Source of the DNA: Minutocellus sp. GHC0000111
Taxonomy: Eukaryota
Direction of reading: 5' to 3'
NCBI GenBank assembly: GCA_977018835.1
Contig: OZ361256.1
Span: 6,634,001-6,698,000, forward strand
DNA length: 64,000 bases
Translations under genes and position numbers: made by a program
In this document: positions 23,245-34,994 of the stretch, one piece after another
Layout: every line of letters starts with the position of its first letter
Numbering within the stretch: the stretch's first letter is position 1
Notes under the pieces: generated by a model
Database searches by the model: none
Seen by the model: only the letters and a program-made list of their open reading frames with translations
What the model was told of the DNA's origin: nothing

Positions 23245-24897
23245 TCAATAGAACACCTTAGTTCTGGGTTCACCAAGCTGATATTCCTCATCGGTTAGAA
23301 ATACTTTACACGTGACAGCACAGTTTGTGCGCGTCTCGTGAGCATTGCTGACCTCGCACAGTCCCTTATCTCTCTTCTCCTCGCAGACTTCCTTGGACCA
23401 CTTATCCACTGGACTAAACGATCTTCTGCCCACGTCGTTAACTAAACTGGCACCATCTGGGCTCCAATGACGCCCTCTTTGTGTCCATAGCCACTGCACT
23501 GAATGTGGAAGGGGGAAAATGGCAGTTGGATCTGCAGAAACCATGTCGAGGTTTTGGCGAGTTAGGTCTGCAAAATAAATGGTGACCGACGCCCGAATCT
23601 TTCCAGAAGGTCGATGATCGCACTGATGAGTTCCATGGTTACTGTCGTCGCCCAGAAGCAGACCAAAGTTTGGATGGAGCTTGATCTCGCCGACATTATC
23701 CTCTTCGTATTCATCGGCTCCGAATGTGCTATCTGCGACATAAAGTTCTGGTCCAGCTCCTGGCACCTGCTCCAATGGAATCAGAATATTGAATGCTTTC
23801 CCGCCAGTTTTAGACCAGTCCCAATGGATGAATCCATCTTCATCTGCATGTGTTGCAGCCAAGAATCCAACACCTTGAATAGTGAGACCGTCCAGCTCAT
23901 ACTCCTCGGCGACTGCATCCAGCAGCATATCAATCCCGGCCTCGGCCAGTGTCCTCAAAAATGACTCATGCGTTCTCTCATCGGCGCAACCGAACCAATG
24001 TAGATCACTCGCATAGTGCGTCCCGGGCCTTTGAATGTACCACTTGAGCGGATGGCCGCCAGAATGGACGGCTGGAGTGACGTGGAAACGCCCCGAGTCG
24101 GGTTCAAGAGGATCCTCGTAATGAGTTCTGTGCATTTCCTCAAGCATTCCCAGATCAGAGGCATACTTCCTCAGAACAGCGAGCGCATGTTTTGGCAAGC
24201 CAATGCGTGCGGCGTAGTTCTGAACGAGCCGCTTATCATCGAACCAATCATCGTTCCAACGAAGCATCTTCAGCTCACCAGGACGCAGAGGAGGGACGAT
24301 AAAGTCGGACATTTCCCAAACATCAGAATAGGGCGGAGGACGATAATCGTCGTCGGGGGCGAAAACCAGATCATCTGGATCGGTGGCCCTGGCACCAGAC
24401 CAAGACGTTGGCGCATAATCTTCTTCGGGATCGAACTCTTCGCCGTATTCATTATGGTAATACTCCTCTTCGTATTCTTCACCGTCGTACTCCTCTACCT
24501 CGTCATCTTCGCTATCATTCTCGCCAAAGGCATCAGCGGCAGCATCATCAGATTCAGATTTGCAGGAAGCCTCTTCAACCTCGCCGTCGCTGCATGTGCC
24601 AGCCGTGGCTGCAACACTTTCATCACTTGCCGCAGAGACCAGCAAATATCCAGAAGGATGCATCGACGATTGTGGTGACAAGAGAGCAGCGCAGAGCATC
24701 ACTGTTATCAGTGTTGCTACTGATGCCTTGCTCCTCTTATGAGTATTGGCACAGACCAGAGTTCGCATTCGGTATGGCACAGAGGTGCGTCCCTTGGTGC
24801 TGCAAGATACGTTCATGTGGCCATGTCTAGGTCGAGCGCTGGGCGGATTGCTCCCTCTCCTAATATCGCCGATGCTGATACTTCGTTGTCTCTTCAT
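23245..24897 (-). CDS. Putative 2OG-Fe(II) oxygenase-like protein with C-terminal ShK-like Cys motif, paralog 1 (start uncertain)
   Basis: H-x-D (IHWD) and distal His (NHGT); C-terminal C..GLC..TNCAVTC; hydrophobic N-terminal segment; strong similarity to the neighbouring gene. Confidence 0.7.
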   Translation of the reverse strand: MKRQRSISIGDIRRGSNPPSARPRHGHMNVSCSTKGRTSVPYRMRTLVCANTHKRSKASVATLITVMLCAALLSPQSSMHPSGYLLVSAASDESVAATAGTCSDGEVEEASCKSESDDAAADAFGENDSEDDEVEEYDGEEYEEEYYHNEYGEEFDPEEDYAPTSWSGARATDPDDLVFAPDDDYRPPPYSDVWEMSDFIVPPLRPGELKMLRWNDDWFDDKRLVQNYAARIGLPKHALAVLRKYASDLGMLEEMHRTHYEDPLEPDSGRFHVTPAVHSGGHPLKWYIQRPGTHYASDLHWFGCADERTHESFLRTLAEAGIDMLLDAVAEEYELDGLTIQGVGFLAATHADEDGFIHWDWSKTGGKAFNILIPLEQVPGAGPELYVADSTFGADEYEEDNVGEIKLHPNFGLLLGDDSNHGTHQCDHRPSGKIRASVTIYFADLTRQNLDMVSADPTAIFPLPHSVQWLWTQRGRHWSPDGASLVNDVGRRSFSPVDKWSKEVCEEKRDKGLCEVSNAHETRTNCAVTCKVFLTDEEYQLGEPRTKVFY

Positions 24898-25406
24898 TGT
24901 GGGGCGAGCGAGTGGGACGCAAGCTCGTGTGCAATTGGAATGATACATGACATACAAACTCGTACGTAGCTAGCTACTCTAGAGGCCTACGACTCGTATC
25001 TTTCTCATCTTCGATCGCGGCCATCAGTCGATCGACGGCCAGACCATTGCTTGGCGGGAGTGGACCGTTGCACCGTGGTGGTGCAAGGGACCTTGGGTGG
25101 TGCTCTGCTTTTTGGCTTCTCCATCCATGGCACACGCCATCATTGTTACCGGTATGTGAATACATGCATGCAACACAACACTGTACAAATTCCTCTTGAT
25201 ACATTAGATCTGCAAGTTGTTAGCTAGAGAGGCCTAACCGGCCTCAGTGGCCGATTTATAGAGGCCATTTTGGGATTTCTCGGTTGCAACGAATGCAACG
25301 AACGTCTGTGTCTTCTTGATTTGTTCGATTGATTGGTTGTTGTTCGACACACATCTATCCAATCTCTGCATGCTGCAACATCATTCGTCAACACCCCTTT
25401 CTCTTA

Positions 25407-26774
25407 TCAATAGAACACCTCACGCCTAGGAGCACCAAGCTGATACTCTTCATCGGGCACAAACACATTGCAAGTAGCGGCGCAATTCGTACGAATCTCG
25501 AGAAGAGTTTCAAGAGGGTTGTTAAGCTCACACAATCCTCGCTCCTTCTTCTCATTGCAGACCTCCTTGGACCACATATCGACCGATGTAAACTTTCCTC
25601 TGCCTATATTGTTGACCAAGCTGGCACCATTGAGATTCCAATGCCGACCTCGCTGCGACCAAAGCCAACGAACCGAGTCGGGTAAGGGGAAGATTGCCGT
25701 AGGGTCTTCCGATATAATCTCGAGATTGTTACGAGTGAAGTCCGCAATGTAGATGTAGACAGATGAACGAATCTTCCCAGAAGGTCGATGATCGCACTCA
25801 TGCGTGCCATGAAGACTTTCGTCTCCTTGAATCAGACCAAAGTTGGGATGAAGCTTGATCTCGCCGCGAGTGCCATCATCATTAGCAACGTACATCTCTG
25901 GGCCTGCTCCTGGCACCTGCTCCAACGGAATGAGGATATTGAATGCCTTTCCACCGGTTTCGCGCCAATCTGCATGCATGAAGCCACCAACATTGGCATG
26001 ACTTGTTGATAAGAATCCCACACCCTGAACAGCGAGACCGTCCAGCTCGTACTCTTCGGCGATGGCATCAAATACCAAATCGATCCCAGCCTCGGCCAAA
26101 ACACGGATGAAGGATTCGTGTGTTCGCTCATCGGCACAACCGAACCAATGCATATCGCTATCAAAATGAGTCCCAGGCCTTTGGATGTACCACTTGAGCG
26201 GATGGCCGCCAGAATGGACGGCTGGAGTGACGTGGAAACGTCCCGACTCCGGTTCAAGTGGATATTCGTAGTGCGACTTGTGCATTTCCTCAAGCATTCC
26301 CAGATCAGAGGCATATTTTCTTAGCACCGCCAGTGTGTGTTTTGGCAAGCCGACCCGAGCAGCATAGTTCTGAACAGATCGCTTGTCCTCAAACCAATCA
26401 TCATTCCAACGAAGGTTCTTGATTTCACCCGGTCGTAGAGGTGGGGCAATAAAGTCGGACAACTCCCAAACCTCATAGTATGGTGGAGGGCGGTAATCGT
26501 CGCCTGGAGCCGAAAATATAGCATCTGGATCGTTAGCCCTGGCGCTCGACCAGGACGTTGCCTCCTCCATCAAAACGGGCGTGTATGGTGGCAGATTTGC
26601 ATTTGTATCTGGCGCATCGTCATCATCGGCATGTGTATTGCCTGAGGAATCGCAAGAACCGGCTGTGCACGAAGGATCAACACTGTCGTCAACAGTGTTG
26701 GTCGATGCAAGTACAATGGCACATGTGGTCTGAGCAAACAGCAAGAGCTGAAGTAAACGTTTTGAGGTCATCAT
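25407..26774 (-). CDS. Putative secreted 2OG-Fe(II) oxygenase-like protein with C-terminal ShK-like Cys motif, paralog 2
   Basis: Signal peptide MMTSKRLLQLLLFAQTTCAIVLA; MHAD...LHGT; TNCAATC; tandem paralog of the previous gene. Confidence 0.72.
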   Translation of the reverse strand: MMTSKRLLQLLLFAQTTCAIVLASTNTVDDSVDPSCTAGSCDSSGNTHADDDDAPDTNANLPPYTPVLMEEATSWSSARANDPDAIFSAPGDDYRPPPYYEVWELSDFIAPPLRPGEIKNLRWNDDWFEDKRSVQNYAARVGLPKHTLAVLRKYASDLGMLEEMHKSHYEYPLEPESGRFHVTPAVHSGGHPLKWYIQRPGTHFDSDMHWFGCADERTHESFIRVLAEAGIDLVFDAIAEEYELDGLAVQGVGFLSTSHANVGGFMHADWRETGGKAFNILIPLEQVPGAGPEMYVANDDGTRGEIKLHPNFGLIQGDESLHGTHECDHRPSGKIRSSVYIYIADFTRNNLEIISEDPTAIFPLPDSVRWLWSQRGRHWNLNGASLVNNIGRGKFTSVDMWSKEVCNEKKERGLCELNNPLETLLEIRTNCAATCNVFVPDEEYQLGAPRREVFY

Positions 26775-27042
26775 CTTCTGGAGGGGGATCGGATAACAAT
26801 GCTTCGGCGCTTCCTTAGGCCGCTCTCGCTGTGCCGTTTTTGCGAAAGGTTCGCATTGAGGGCCAGGCAAAACGAAACCTTTTCTTACCAAAAGCATATC
26901 AAATTTTATGCGCAGCACCAAGGGTGCGAACCCTCCATGGCCAAAACCGAACCTCTGGCATCAATCATTGACACCATTCGGATCCTCGGCCACAAACAAT
27001 CCTTCCATTTGCTTCATTGCTTCGAATAGATAGCTAATAAAG

Positions 27043-27783
27043 ATGCTTGTCAAAGAGTTCATGATACCAGCCAGCAAGGTCATCACTGTCAACAGTGCTG
27101 ATCCTCTCGAGAAGGCGCTGTCTCGCATGGTGGAGAAAAATGTCGGTTGCGTCGTCGTTCTCGACTCTGCCAAATCCACAACCTCTCCAGATAGCGCCCA
27201 GGCACATCCTGTCGGCATTGTCTCCAAGGTAAGGAGGTAAATGTGGGAAAGAAGATTTTGGGAAGATATTTATCAAAAGTGACAATCGGCAGGTTCGATT
27301 TTCAGTTAACCACCATCTGACTCAAAATATGCTCGTACTCTTGCACCCCCGCAGGGCGATTTCTTGAAGGCATATCAGAGCGGCTTTACTCTCGAGGCAA
27401 GCGTCTTCGAAATCATGACGAAAAACCCTCAGGTAGTCCGGGATGATATTTCTCGAGACGATGCTGCAAAGTTTTTCGAATCCAAGAAACTGCACCACGC
27501 CTTGGTCCTGAACGAATTCGGAACATTTGTGGGTCTTATCTCGACCTGGGATATCGCCGTCGAATGCGCCAAGGATGACAGAGCCTGGCCCTTCATTCGA
27601 AGCGCCGACGGTCGATTCCACCACCCTCAGGGGAAGGATCTTCATCAGCAGAACAATGGACCTGCGTCTCCTCGAAGCCCTGCTGAGCAGCAGAATCAGG
27701 GCCGTCCCAGGTCCAACTCGCATGCGTTTCTGGACTACATTGACTCGATCCGCGATCTCACTTATACCATTGATTCTACGTAA
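27043..27783 (+). CDS. CBS-domain pair protein, one intron 27229-27354
   Basis: LEKALSRMVEKNVGCVVV...PVGIVSK/GD and IMTKNP...HHALVLNEFGTFVGLISTWD. The GT-AG intron restores the frame. Confidence 0.9.
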
Positions 27784-28175
27784 CTGTGTGGATCCTCATG
27801 TATCGATCAGAGGCAGCATAAAATGAAACATATATCGGCGATAAGACTCTCCCGCGTATATTTTTGACTTTTGACACGGACCCTTGCCTTCCACGTACTT
27901 GGTTCAATCAGTTTCAATCCTCAGATGTCCCATGTACCACGGCACATGCATATGTATTGACGAATATTCTTAAAGACGAGTAAGAAAAGTAAATTTATTT
28001 GCCCTTATTTGCATTGGACTGAAATTTAGCTACTTAGCATCCGAGGAAGCCTTGCAAGCAAGTCAAACAGTCAATCGGCCTTAGTCTAGTATCTTAGAAT
28101 CTGCAGCTGCGTCTGCTTACGCAGCTCGACAATAGCTGCACGGACCCAAGACACTACACTACATATCTGAAGTAG

Positions 28176-28595
28176 TTACGTGCACTCCCACTCCGGTGTC
28201 CCTCTCGGACTTGCCCCTTCAATGCACTGTGTTGCCCCCGAGTCGGTCCCGTCGGTCGGTTTCATCTGATTCTCGTCCAGACCGTTGTACCATGCATGCT
28301 CCTTAGGCTCACTCGTGCACACAACCGTTGGCTTTGCACTTGCAAGATCACCACTGCTCTCATCATCTTGGTCATCGTCGTCGTCGTTTTCAATGAGATA
28401 GCATTGCACATCCTCTGTGTTCGATGCAGCCTCCACATTGAAGTGCGTCTCACCGCTCATGTGAAGAGGACCAATCTTGTTGGTGCGGACGGTGTTCGTC
28501 GAGCGCCGAGGTAAGTCTTTAACCACAAAACTGTGGCAAGATGGGACTAGAAATGAGACCAGCACGACCAAAAGGCTCTGCGCAGTGTACCTCAT
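28176..28595 (-). CDS. Small hypothetical protein with a probable bipartite plastid-targeting presequence
   Basis: Signal peptide ending in CHS-FV followed by an Arg/Ser/Thr-rich transit-like region. Confidence 0.65.
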   Translation of the reverse strand: MRYTAQSLLVVLVSFLVPSCHSFVVKDLPRRSTNTVRTNKIGPLHMSGETHFNVEAASNTEDVQCYLIENDDDDDQDDESSGDLASAKPTVVCTSEPKEHAWYNGLDENQMKPTDGTDSGATQCIEGASPRGTPEWECT

Positions 28596-29030
28596 GATCA
28601 AATTCTTAGTGATAGTGTCCCTTAGATGGAGCCAGATATGGATCCAAGGCTGTTCAAGACGGAAGATGCTCTGTGTGAGCAGAGCGAGCGAGAGCCGCCC
28701 GCGCGCCGAAGAACAGTGGTGTCAGCCGACCGAATATCGGGACCTTGGTAGGCACGTTTTCGAATCATTCACTTGTTCATTCATTCTGAATTCATTATTT
28801 TATGGTCCCGAGCTCGAGGAGGAGAAGGAGCACGGAGAGGAAGGAGGGAGCGTGGAGTAATACTCTTCATGTGCAGATACATACTTGCTTGTGTGGATTT
28901 TTTTGGTTACAACTACGAAGAGATCGCCCCCACCTCCGACAGCACCGACCGGCAGGAACTCCTTGAGATCCTGTCGCCTCACAAAGGACCTGTCCTCCTT
29001 CCTGTCTGTCCTCTTCAGTTTCCTCGACTT

Positions 29031-30142
29031 TTACATTACATCTGTCTCCTCGAGCGTTGGTGTATGGGGGATCGCATCGTCAACAATCTGGCAAACAATG
29101 AAATCATTTAAAAGCAAAGGAGCTTGAAAGGCAAGAGTCTGTGCTGCAATCAAATGATGATGCAAATGCAACAACGAACAGGCAAAGAGAAGAAAAAACT
29201 TACAGTTCCGGTAGAGGCATCCCACACAAGGATGCCTTTGTCTTCATCTGCAAATTCTGGTTCTTCGCAATAACATTCAATGTGCCTTCCATTGACATCA
29301 AGCGCAGGCACGCTGCTCTTCACCATGTCGCAGCACTGCTCTGCAGTGAGAGGAACGAGCATTGCACAGTCCCAAGGCCCTAAAAGTGCCTCCTCCACCT
29401 GCTGGGTCTGCTCATCAAAATATCTCCAGGGGAAAGGATAGTCCACTTCGTCTCCGCCGCATTTGCCCTTTGCCGTCCTGTGCATAAACATGGGACAGCA
29501 TGAAGTGCGAGGTCACATGCTGTTCCGCAGAAAAAACATGTAAAAAGATGTCGAAGCACAGCAAAAGAGAGGGAACCCATTCTCTGCTCACCTGTCCCGA
29601 TGAAGCCGTGTCACCACCATGTTGTAGTTGTCATCAGTCGGCTCTCGCTTCTTGCGAACATCAAACGAGACGCCGTTTGGAAAGAGAATTCTGGCTTCAG
29701 GGTCATTGGCGATCTCATCATTAATCATGGCAACACAAGCCGCAGGGATCTGGTCGACGCACTCTGGAAAGGATGTGGTGGAATCCATCAATCCACGTGG
29801 GTCATTTAGCATGTCATTCAAAGCCTTTTCCAAGCTGCCCGCCTTTACAGCACCCCGAAGCTGAGACGACATGCCATGATCGGCATGTGCTGCGCCATCC
29901 TGCTCTCCTTCTGCCGTCTCCAAAGCACGATCCTTGGCGGTCCGAAACGCTTCAGTCATCTGTCGGCGCATGCCAGCCAGCGCAGACGTTCGTTGGATCC
30001 TGTTGAATGCATTTTGACGATGCGTTCGGGCCTGTTCAGCATGAAGCTGCCTCTCCGATTCGAGCTTGTCTTCTTCCGAGCAGTGCTGTGCCGTGGCTGT
30101 TGTTGCCATCAGCAGAAGACAGAGAAGAGTGACTGCCCTCAT
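29031..30142 (-). CDS. Secreted Cys-containing hypothetical protein, at least 3 exons; 3' end uncertain
   Basis: Signal peptide MRAVTLLCLLLMATTATA; donors GTGAG (~29591) and GTAAG (~29203); exon 2 reads YPFPW...GPWDC...LTAEQCCDMVK. Confidence 0.6.
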
Positions 30143-30922
30143 CTTTTCTTCTTCCTGCTGAATTCACTGCCCTTTCGTCTTTCCGTGGCACCTTGTTGAT
30201 GTGTCGTCATCAAGTTTACGATCGCTAGAAGTCAGATCTCGTCTTCTCGTCTTGTAGGTTCACGGCAACACACGGCGCCAAGAAGTGCTCATTCGCCCAT
30301 GGTCTCACGTTGTGGCATCGACGAAAATGACCGGCGATGCCAGAAAAAGAACCCGGAGGTACGGGACAGATGATTTGTGTCATTTGCTCTCTTTACTTGC
30401 TTTCGCACACACATCACTTTACTTATTGTTGGTTGTCCTACAGAGCTTGATCCTTAAGAGGGCGCTGTCCATAACTTTTAGGAAGCCCCCAAAATGCGTG
30501 TTTTGTGCCGTTTTTTCTTCGCACCATCGCCAAAGTTAGCACTCCAACGTGACAATGGGCTCCTCATCGAAGGCCGCCGCTCTCCACAGTGGCGAAGAGT
30601 CATCGACGTTCCTTTCAGCATTAAGTCGGAAATCCCTCCAGGAAAACTTGGTTCAGAGGAACTTCGATGAATCAACTCTCCCTCAGAAACACAACAGTCG
30701 ACGTGCACATCATCGTCGGATCGACCGAAATTAGTCTCGGCCGACGCACAACCAGCATTGGTGGTGCTGGTGGGAAGATGTCTTGAAGTTTTGCTGTTGG
30801 GAGGTAAGGGGATGTTTGTTTGGGGTATTTTTGCACGTCTCCCTCATTTGGGGTTCTTTTTGCAAGGTTCTCATCGAAAAGCGCATCTTGCGCCAGAGCC
30901 GACACAAAACAAAAAAACAACC

Positions 30923-33219
30923 ATGGAAACATCACGTGCTAACGCCAAGGAGGCAATCCTCTCACTCTTGCTCTCATTCCCAGACGACGTCAGATGCACT
31001 TACTACACTGTTGATGAGCTTGTCCGCATCTTGATGCGCGGTGGCGTGTCGCCGAGCTTAGAGACTCTCTTGTTCGATCATCTCTTCAACACGTCCCAAC
31101 ACGACACGAGGTCAACATCCAACGACGACGTCCAGAGAAAACATCAGGCCTTGACGTTGCAAAGCCCTTCTACCGCTTCTCCAGAATAGCCGACAACGCC
31201 AGCCCACGCTCTCAACGCAATGGCAAGCGATCACTGCCGACCACACCTGAAAATTACTTCCAGGGCGATGAAAAGCATGGGCCCCATCTCAACGCGACAC
31301 TGAAATGTTGTTCCGACAAGAATTCTTCGGGCGGTCGGTCATCTACTCCCACCGCCAACGCTGCCGATCGTCCCAACATCACCGGCGTGCAGCTCAACGG
31401 CAAAAGAATTGTGGTTGAGATGAAGCAGCTGTGTGATTTCGTACAGAATCTCCACCGATCGTGCGGCAATCTGTGTCTCTCGGCCGAGCCAGTTCGGCGT
31501 GGATTCGGCGTTGCGATAGATGCAACCAACCTTTTTCTTTTTGCACTTGGATCGGCCAGAGGTCAGAAGTTGTGTGCCCCGGCAGAAAGCATTCTAGAAG
31601 TCAGGCTGGAATGAACTTGGAGCTGATGGAGGCAGCGGAAGATGAGGCCATGCACGCAAGTCGCTTCATGAATTTCTGCACGAAGGCCGACATCGTCCAT
31701 CCGACCGAAAAGAATGCCCGACAGGTGGAAAAGAAATGCAGAGCAGCGGCTATTGAAGCAGCTGATGAAATCATTGACGAGAATAGGGCAAAAGCACGTG
31801 CCGCTAGCAGCAAGACTGTTGAGTTTGAACAAGGCGGCGAGATGCACACGGCGGCGGTGGTTGCGGTGGCCCAAGACGGCAGCGCCCTCAAACGCGACTA
31901 CGGCCATTGCTACACTGGCTCTGCTGCAGCGGTGTTTGCCGCAGACAAGGAAACTGGCCTTGTTGTTGACAAGGGAATCTCTCAGGCAAGCTGCCACTGT
32001 TGCGTGAGAGCCTGCAATGCAAGATTGAGGGAGAGGCGGGAAGCCGGCAATCCAATGACGCCGAGTGAGCTCAAAAACATGAGCAAGGATGAGATGCTGG
32101 CCCTGTACGACCATGATGGCTTCTGCTATCGCAACTCTTCCTACTCCCCCGGTGTGGCAGAGGAGCATCTGGCCGAGAATGTTGGGAGTTGAAAATTTTA
32201 ATGCCATCCCCCGACCACGCATCAATCGGATGAAACAGGACATTTCGAAGATTACTGATCGGTGCAAGCACAGCGTTCTCGATCAGCCCGATGGTGCTGT
32301 GTCCGAGGAGGAAAAACAAAGTCATCTGGCCCTCCTTCAGAAAGAACTCCAGTCCGTCGTTCGTCACCAATGTGGCATTCACACTTTTTGCACCACCAAC
32401 ACGTGTGATTGGATTCGCCTCAGCATTGCTCATCCTGATTGGAGTGATGGCAAGCTCGATGAGGAATGGAGCTCGGGGAATCAATTCGATGGCGACATAT
32501 TGGAGATTAGTGACTACACGATTCGCAAGATGACGCTTGAAATAACCAAGAGAATCAACAAGAATACTGCCGACTCCAACTGCAAGAAGGAATCTACCAC
32601 CGGCGTCGAACAGCTCAACGGGATGGTGACGAAGTTCACGATGGGGAAAAGGCCGAATTTGACTGCTTCAGACGCCTACCCAAATGCAACAAGTAGAGCC
32701 GCTGGCCTCAAGTCACTGGGTACGGAATTCAATGAGCGAGTTCTTGGAAAGTTGGGATCGAGGGATTCTCCTACCCGAAAAGATGGATTCGATGCAATTG
32801 ACCGGAAGCTCGAGGGCGACCTTGCGCGTAAGCGCACCGATGAGTACAAAAAGAGCAAGAGCGACAGCAAGCGCCTTCGAGCAGCCTTGCGAAACAGAAG
32901 CGAGAAAGACGACAAGGACTATGTGTACAAGAAAAACAGGGCCCTAGCTGCTGGTAAGGCGAAACCAGCAAAGCCTGGCCGCAAGAAGAAGATTGACCAG
33001 CAGTGTCAGAAATGCAAGCAGCTTGGCCACACTCGGGCTGAATGTCAATGCGACGATGCTGACGACGTTGTCGTTTACGCCGGAAAGAAGCGCAGAAGCC
33101 CAGGCAGCAACAAGAAATCTGCAAGAAATAATAAGAAAGCTAAGACAAACTTCGGTGTATCGGCAAATGATGTTAGCTCTTGGATGCCGGCGATACTGAG
33201 AGAAAATGGCAGCTTGTAA
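30923..33219 (+). pseudogene. Kolobok-type DDE transposase, disrupted
   Basis: VAQDGSALKR..., KETGLVVD..SQASCHCC, HDGFCYRN...GVAEE, STTGVEQLNGMVTK, and a C-terminal CQKCKQLGHTRAEC knuckle. Stops and frameshifts; an apparent internal deletion near 32190. Confidence 0.75.
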
Positions 33220-33323
33220 ACACGTGTAAAATATTTTATCACTGTAAATAAAAATGGATTTATTGTGTGCTGTTACTCACGTGCTACGCACATTCTTGTT
33301 ATCTACATGTGTTGAGGTAATGA

Positions 33324-34553
33324 TTATGCAATTTCCTCTTCTTCTTCCTCTTCATCTTGATGACCAGGGATGAATCCAACATATCGTTCACCTTTATCAT
33401 TTGGATAAATGAACCTAATGCAAAAGACTAGACAGGTTGGCAAGGGCTTCCGATCAAGCCAACCTCTCACATGATACACCTCAGTTGCATAGTACCAATA
33501 CAGCATGTTCCTCTTCAAATTATTTGCCATGGCTTCGACTGGCATGGTGGTTGCGTAGTATTTGTCAGCGATATCCTCCAGGTCCTCCTCCGTCGGCACC
33601 AGCATTTCTTCGCAGACGCATTTCTGAAAGAAGAGTGTGCCGTACATTGAGCAGCTTCGGTTGGCGGCAGTGCAGCAAGCAGGGGGTATTGGCGGCCTCT
33701 CTCTGGTCTTGTCCCAATTACCGAATGTGTCTGCCTCCGGCGCTGCCGTCGGATCATCGTCGGCTTCCTCACAAACGGCCGCAACAAGAGCATCCGTGTC
33801 CGATCTGATCGCTGCTGATGGCCCACCATCTACCTGGAGAAGTTGGCCCATTCCAACAATATCAAAATCAACTAGTCCAATCCCAGCAGTAGAGTGTATG
33901 TCATCATATGGAGCCACATGCCATCGGTGGAACTTTGTCAATTTAAACACATGGCCCTGTTGTAAACTTCGGGCCTTTTCGGTAATTGTCAGGGCAACAC
34001 GAGCGACGATAAGCTTTCCGCTTCCATCAAGCAAAGTAAGCGATGTGGTGTTGAAAGGTCGGCCGTGCGCAGCAAGAGCCGATCCAATATCGATCCGTTT
34101 CCCATGAAGTTGAAATATAGGGAAGAATTCAGGTCCGGCGTCAAACATGGGATCTTGCAATTGATCGACGATGCCGACCGTCAGCCTCAACTTCACATCA
34201 GCCACGGACAGGTTGGTAACTACGAGGCCGGGCCGCTCAGCAGCGACATCAATATCATCCCGAACATGATACTTATCAGCGCGAGCCTCGACTGCTTTGA
34301 CAAGATGTTGAAGTGCATGGCCGACGCCGGGATTGTTCCATAATTCTCGTCCTTGTCCGTTCGGGTCGTTCTCCAACGTGACGGCGAGGCCCTCCAGTAT
34401 CTCGGTAACGGCGTCTTTCGCTTTGTCCTCCGCCTTCTCTTTCTTCTTGTCAACAGGCAAAATCGGGCGACCGGAGTTATCTGTCTTGAGTTTCCGCAAC
34501 CGCGTATCTGCGTTGTGGGCCGGGCCGGCACTATTATCAGCGCTGCGCTTCAT
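33324..34553 (-). CDS. KolX-like accessory protein of the Kolobok element, with a central OB-fold-like region
   Basis: C-terminal KRNMLYWYY...RKPLPTCLVFCIRFIYPNDKGERYVGF resembles the KolX / P2X7 C-terminal motif. The 409-aa ORF is intact. Confidence 0.8.
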   Translation of the reverse strand: MKRSADNSAGPAHNADTRLRKLKTDNSGRPILPVDKKKEKAEDKAKDAVTEILEGLAVTLENDPNGQGRELWNNPGVGHALQHLVKAVEARADKYHVRDDIDVAAERPGLVVTNLSVADVKLRLTVGIVDQLQDPMFDAGPEFFPIFQLHGKRIDIGSALAAHGRPFNTTSLTLLDGSGKLIVARVALTITEKARSLQQGHVFKLTKFHRWHVAPYDDIHSTAGIGLVDFDIVGMGQLLQVDGGPSAAIRSDTDALVAAVCEEADDDPTAAPEADTFGNWDKTRERPPIPPACCTAANRSCSMYGTLFFQKCVCEEMLVPTEEDLEDIADKYYATTMPVEAMANNLKRNMLYWYYATEVYHVRGWLDRKPLPTCLVFCIRFIYPNDKGERYVGFIPGHQDEEEEEEEIA

Positions 34554-34994
34554 CGTAATGAAGAGGGGGCAGAGCGGCGATTCTCATGGTGGGGTCGAGT
34601 TTTTGTCATGCTTCGCTCGTCATAAGAAATAAGAATAAGGGGGATTAAAAACGGGGAAAATTATGGACAGCGCCCTCTTAAAATCAAAGATGCGATGAGA
34701 CGGAGGAGTACACGCAAGCCTGAGTGTGTGTGTGCTGCTTGGAAAAGATTTGCTTTCATTTTTCATTGCCGGACTTGCTTGGTTTGTGCAGTTTTCAAAG
34801 GCTTCGAAGGCTTTGAAACCGCTGGACCACGAACCAAATCCTGAACGACGGATTCTGGCCCTTCCACGGTCGATGTTCTCATCAATCAGCGCTTGCCCAT
34901 TTCATTTTGTGGGCGCTGCACTGATACTCTTGCCGCTGGCTCATTCTTCCACGCACGCATCTTTCCCACCAGCAAAGTAGCCAACAGCAACACC

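Larger units (their letters stand above)
30458..34677. mobile_element. Kolobok-superfamily DNA transposon, 4220 bp, both ends present
   Basis: Perfect 17-bp TIR GAGGGCGCTGTCCATAA (30458-30474 and 34661-34677), TTAA on both sides (30454-30457, 34678-34681), and convergent transposase and KolX-like genes. Confidence 0.93.
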
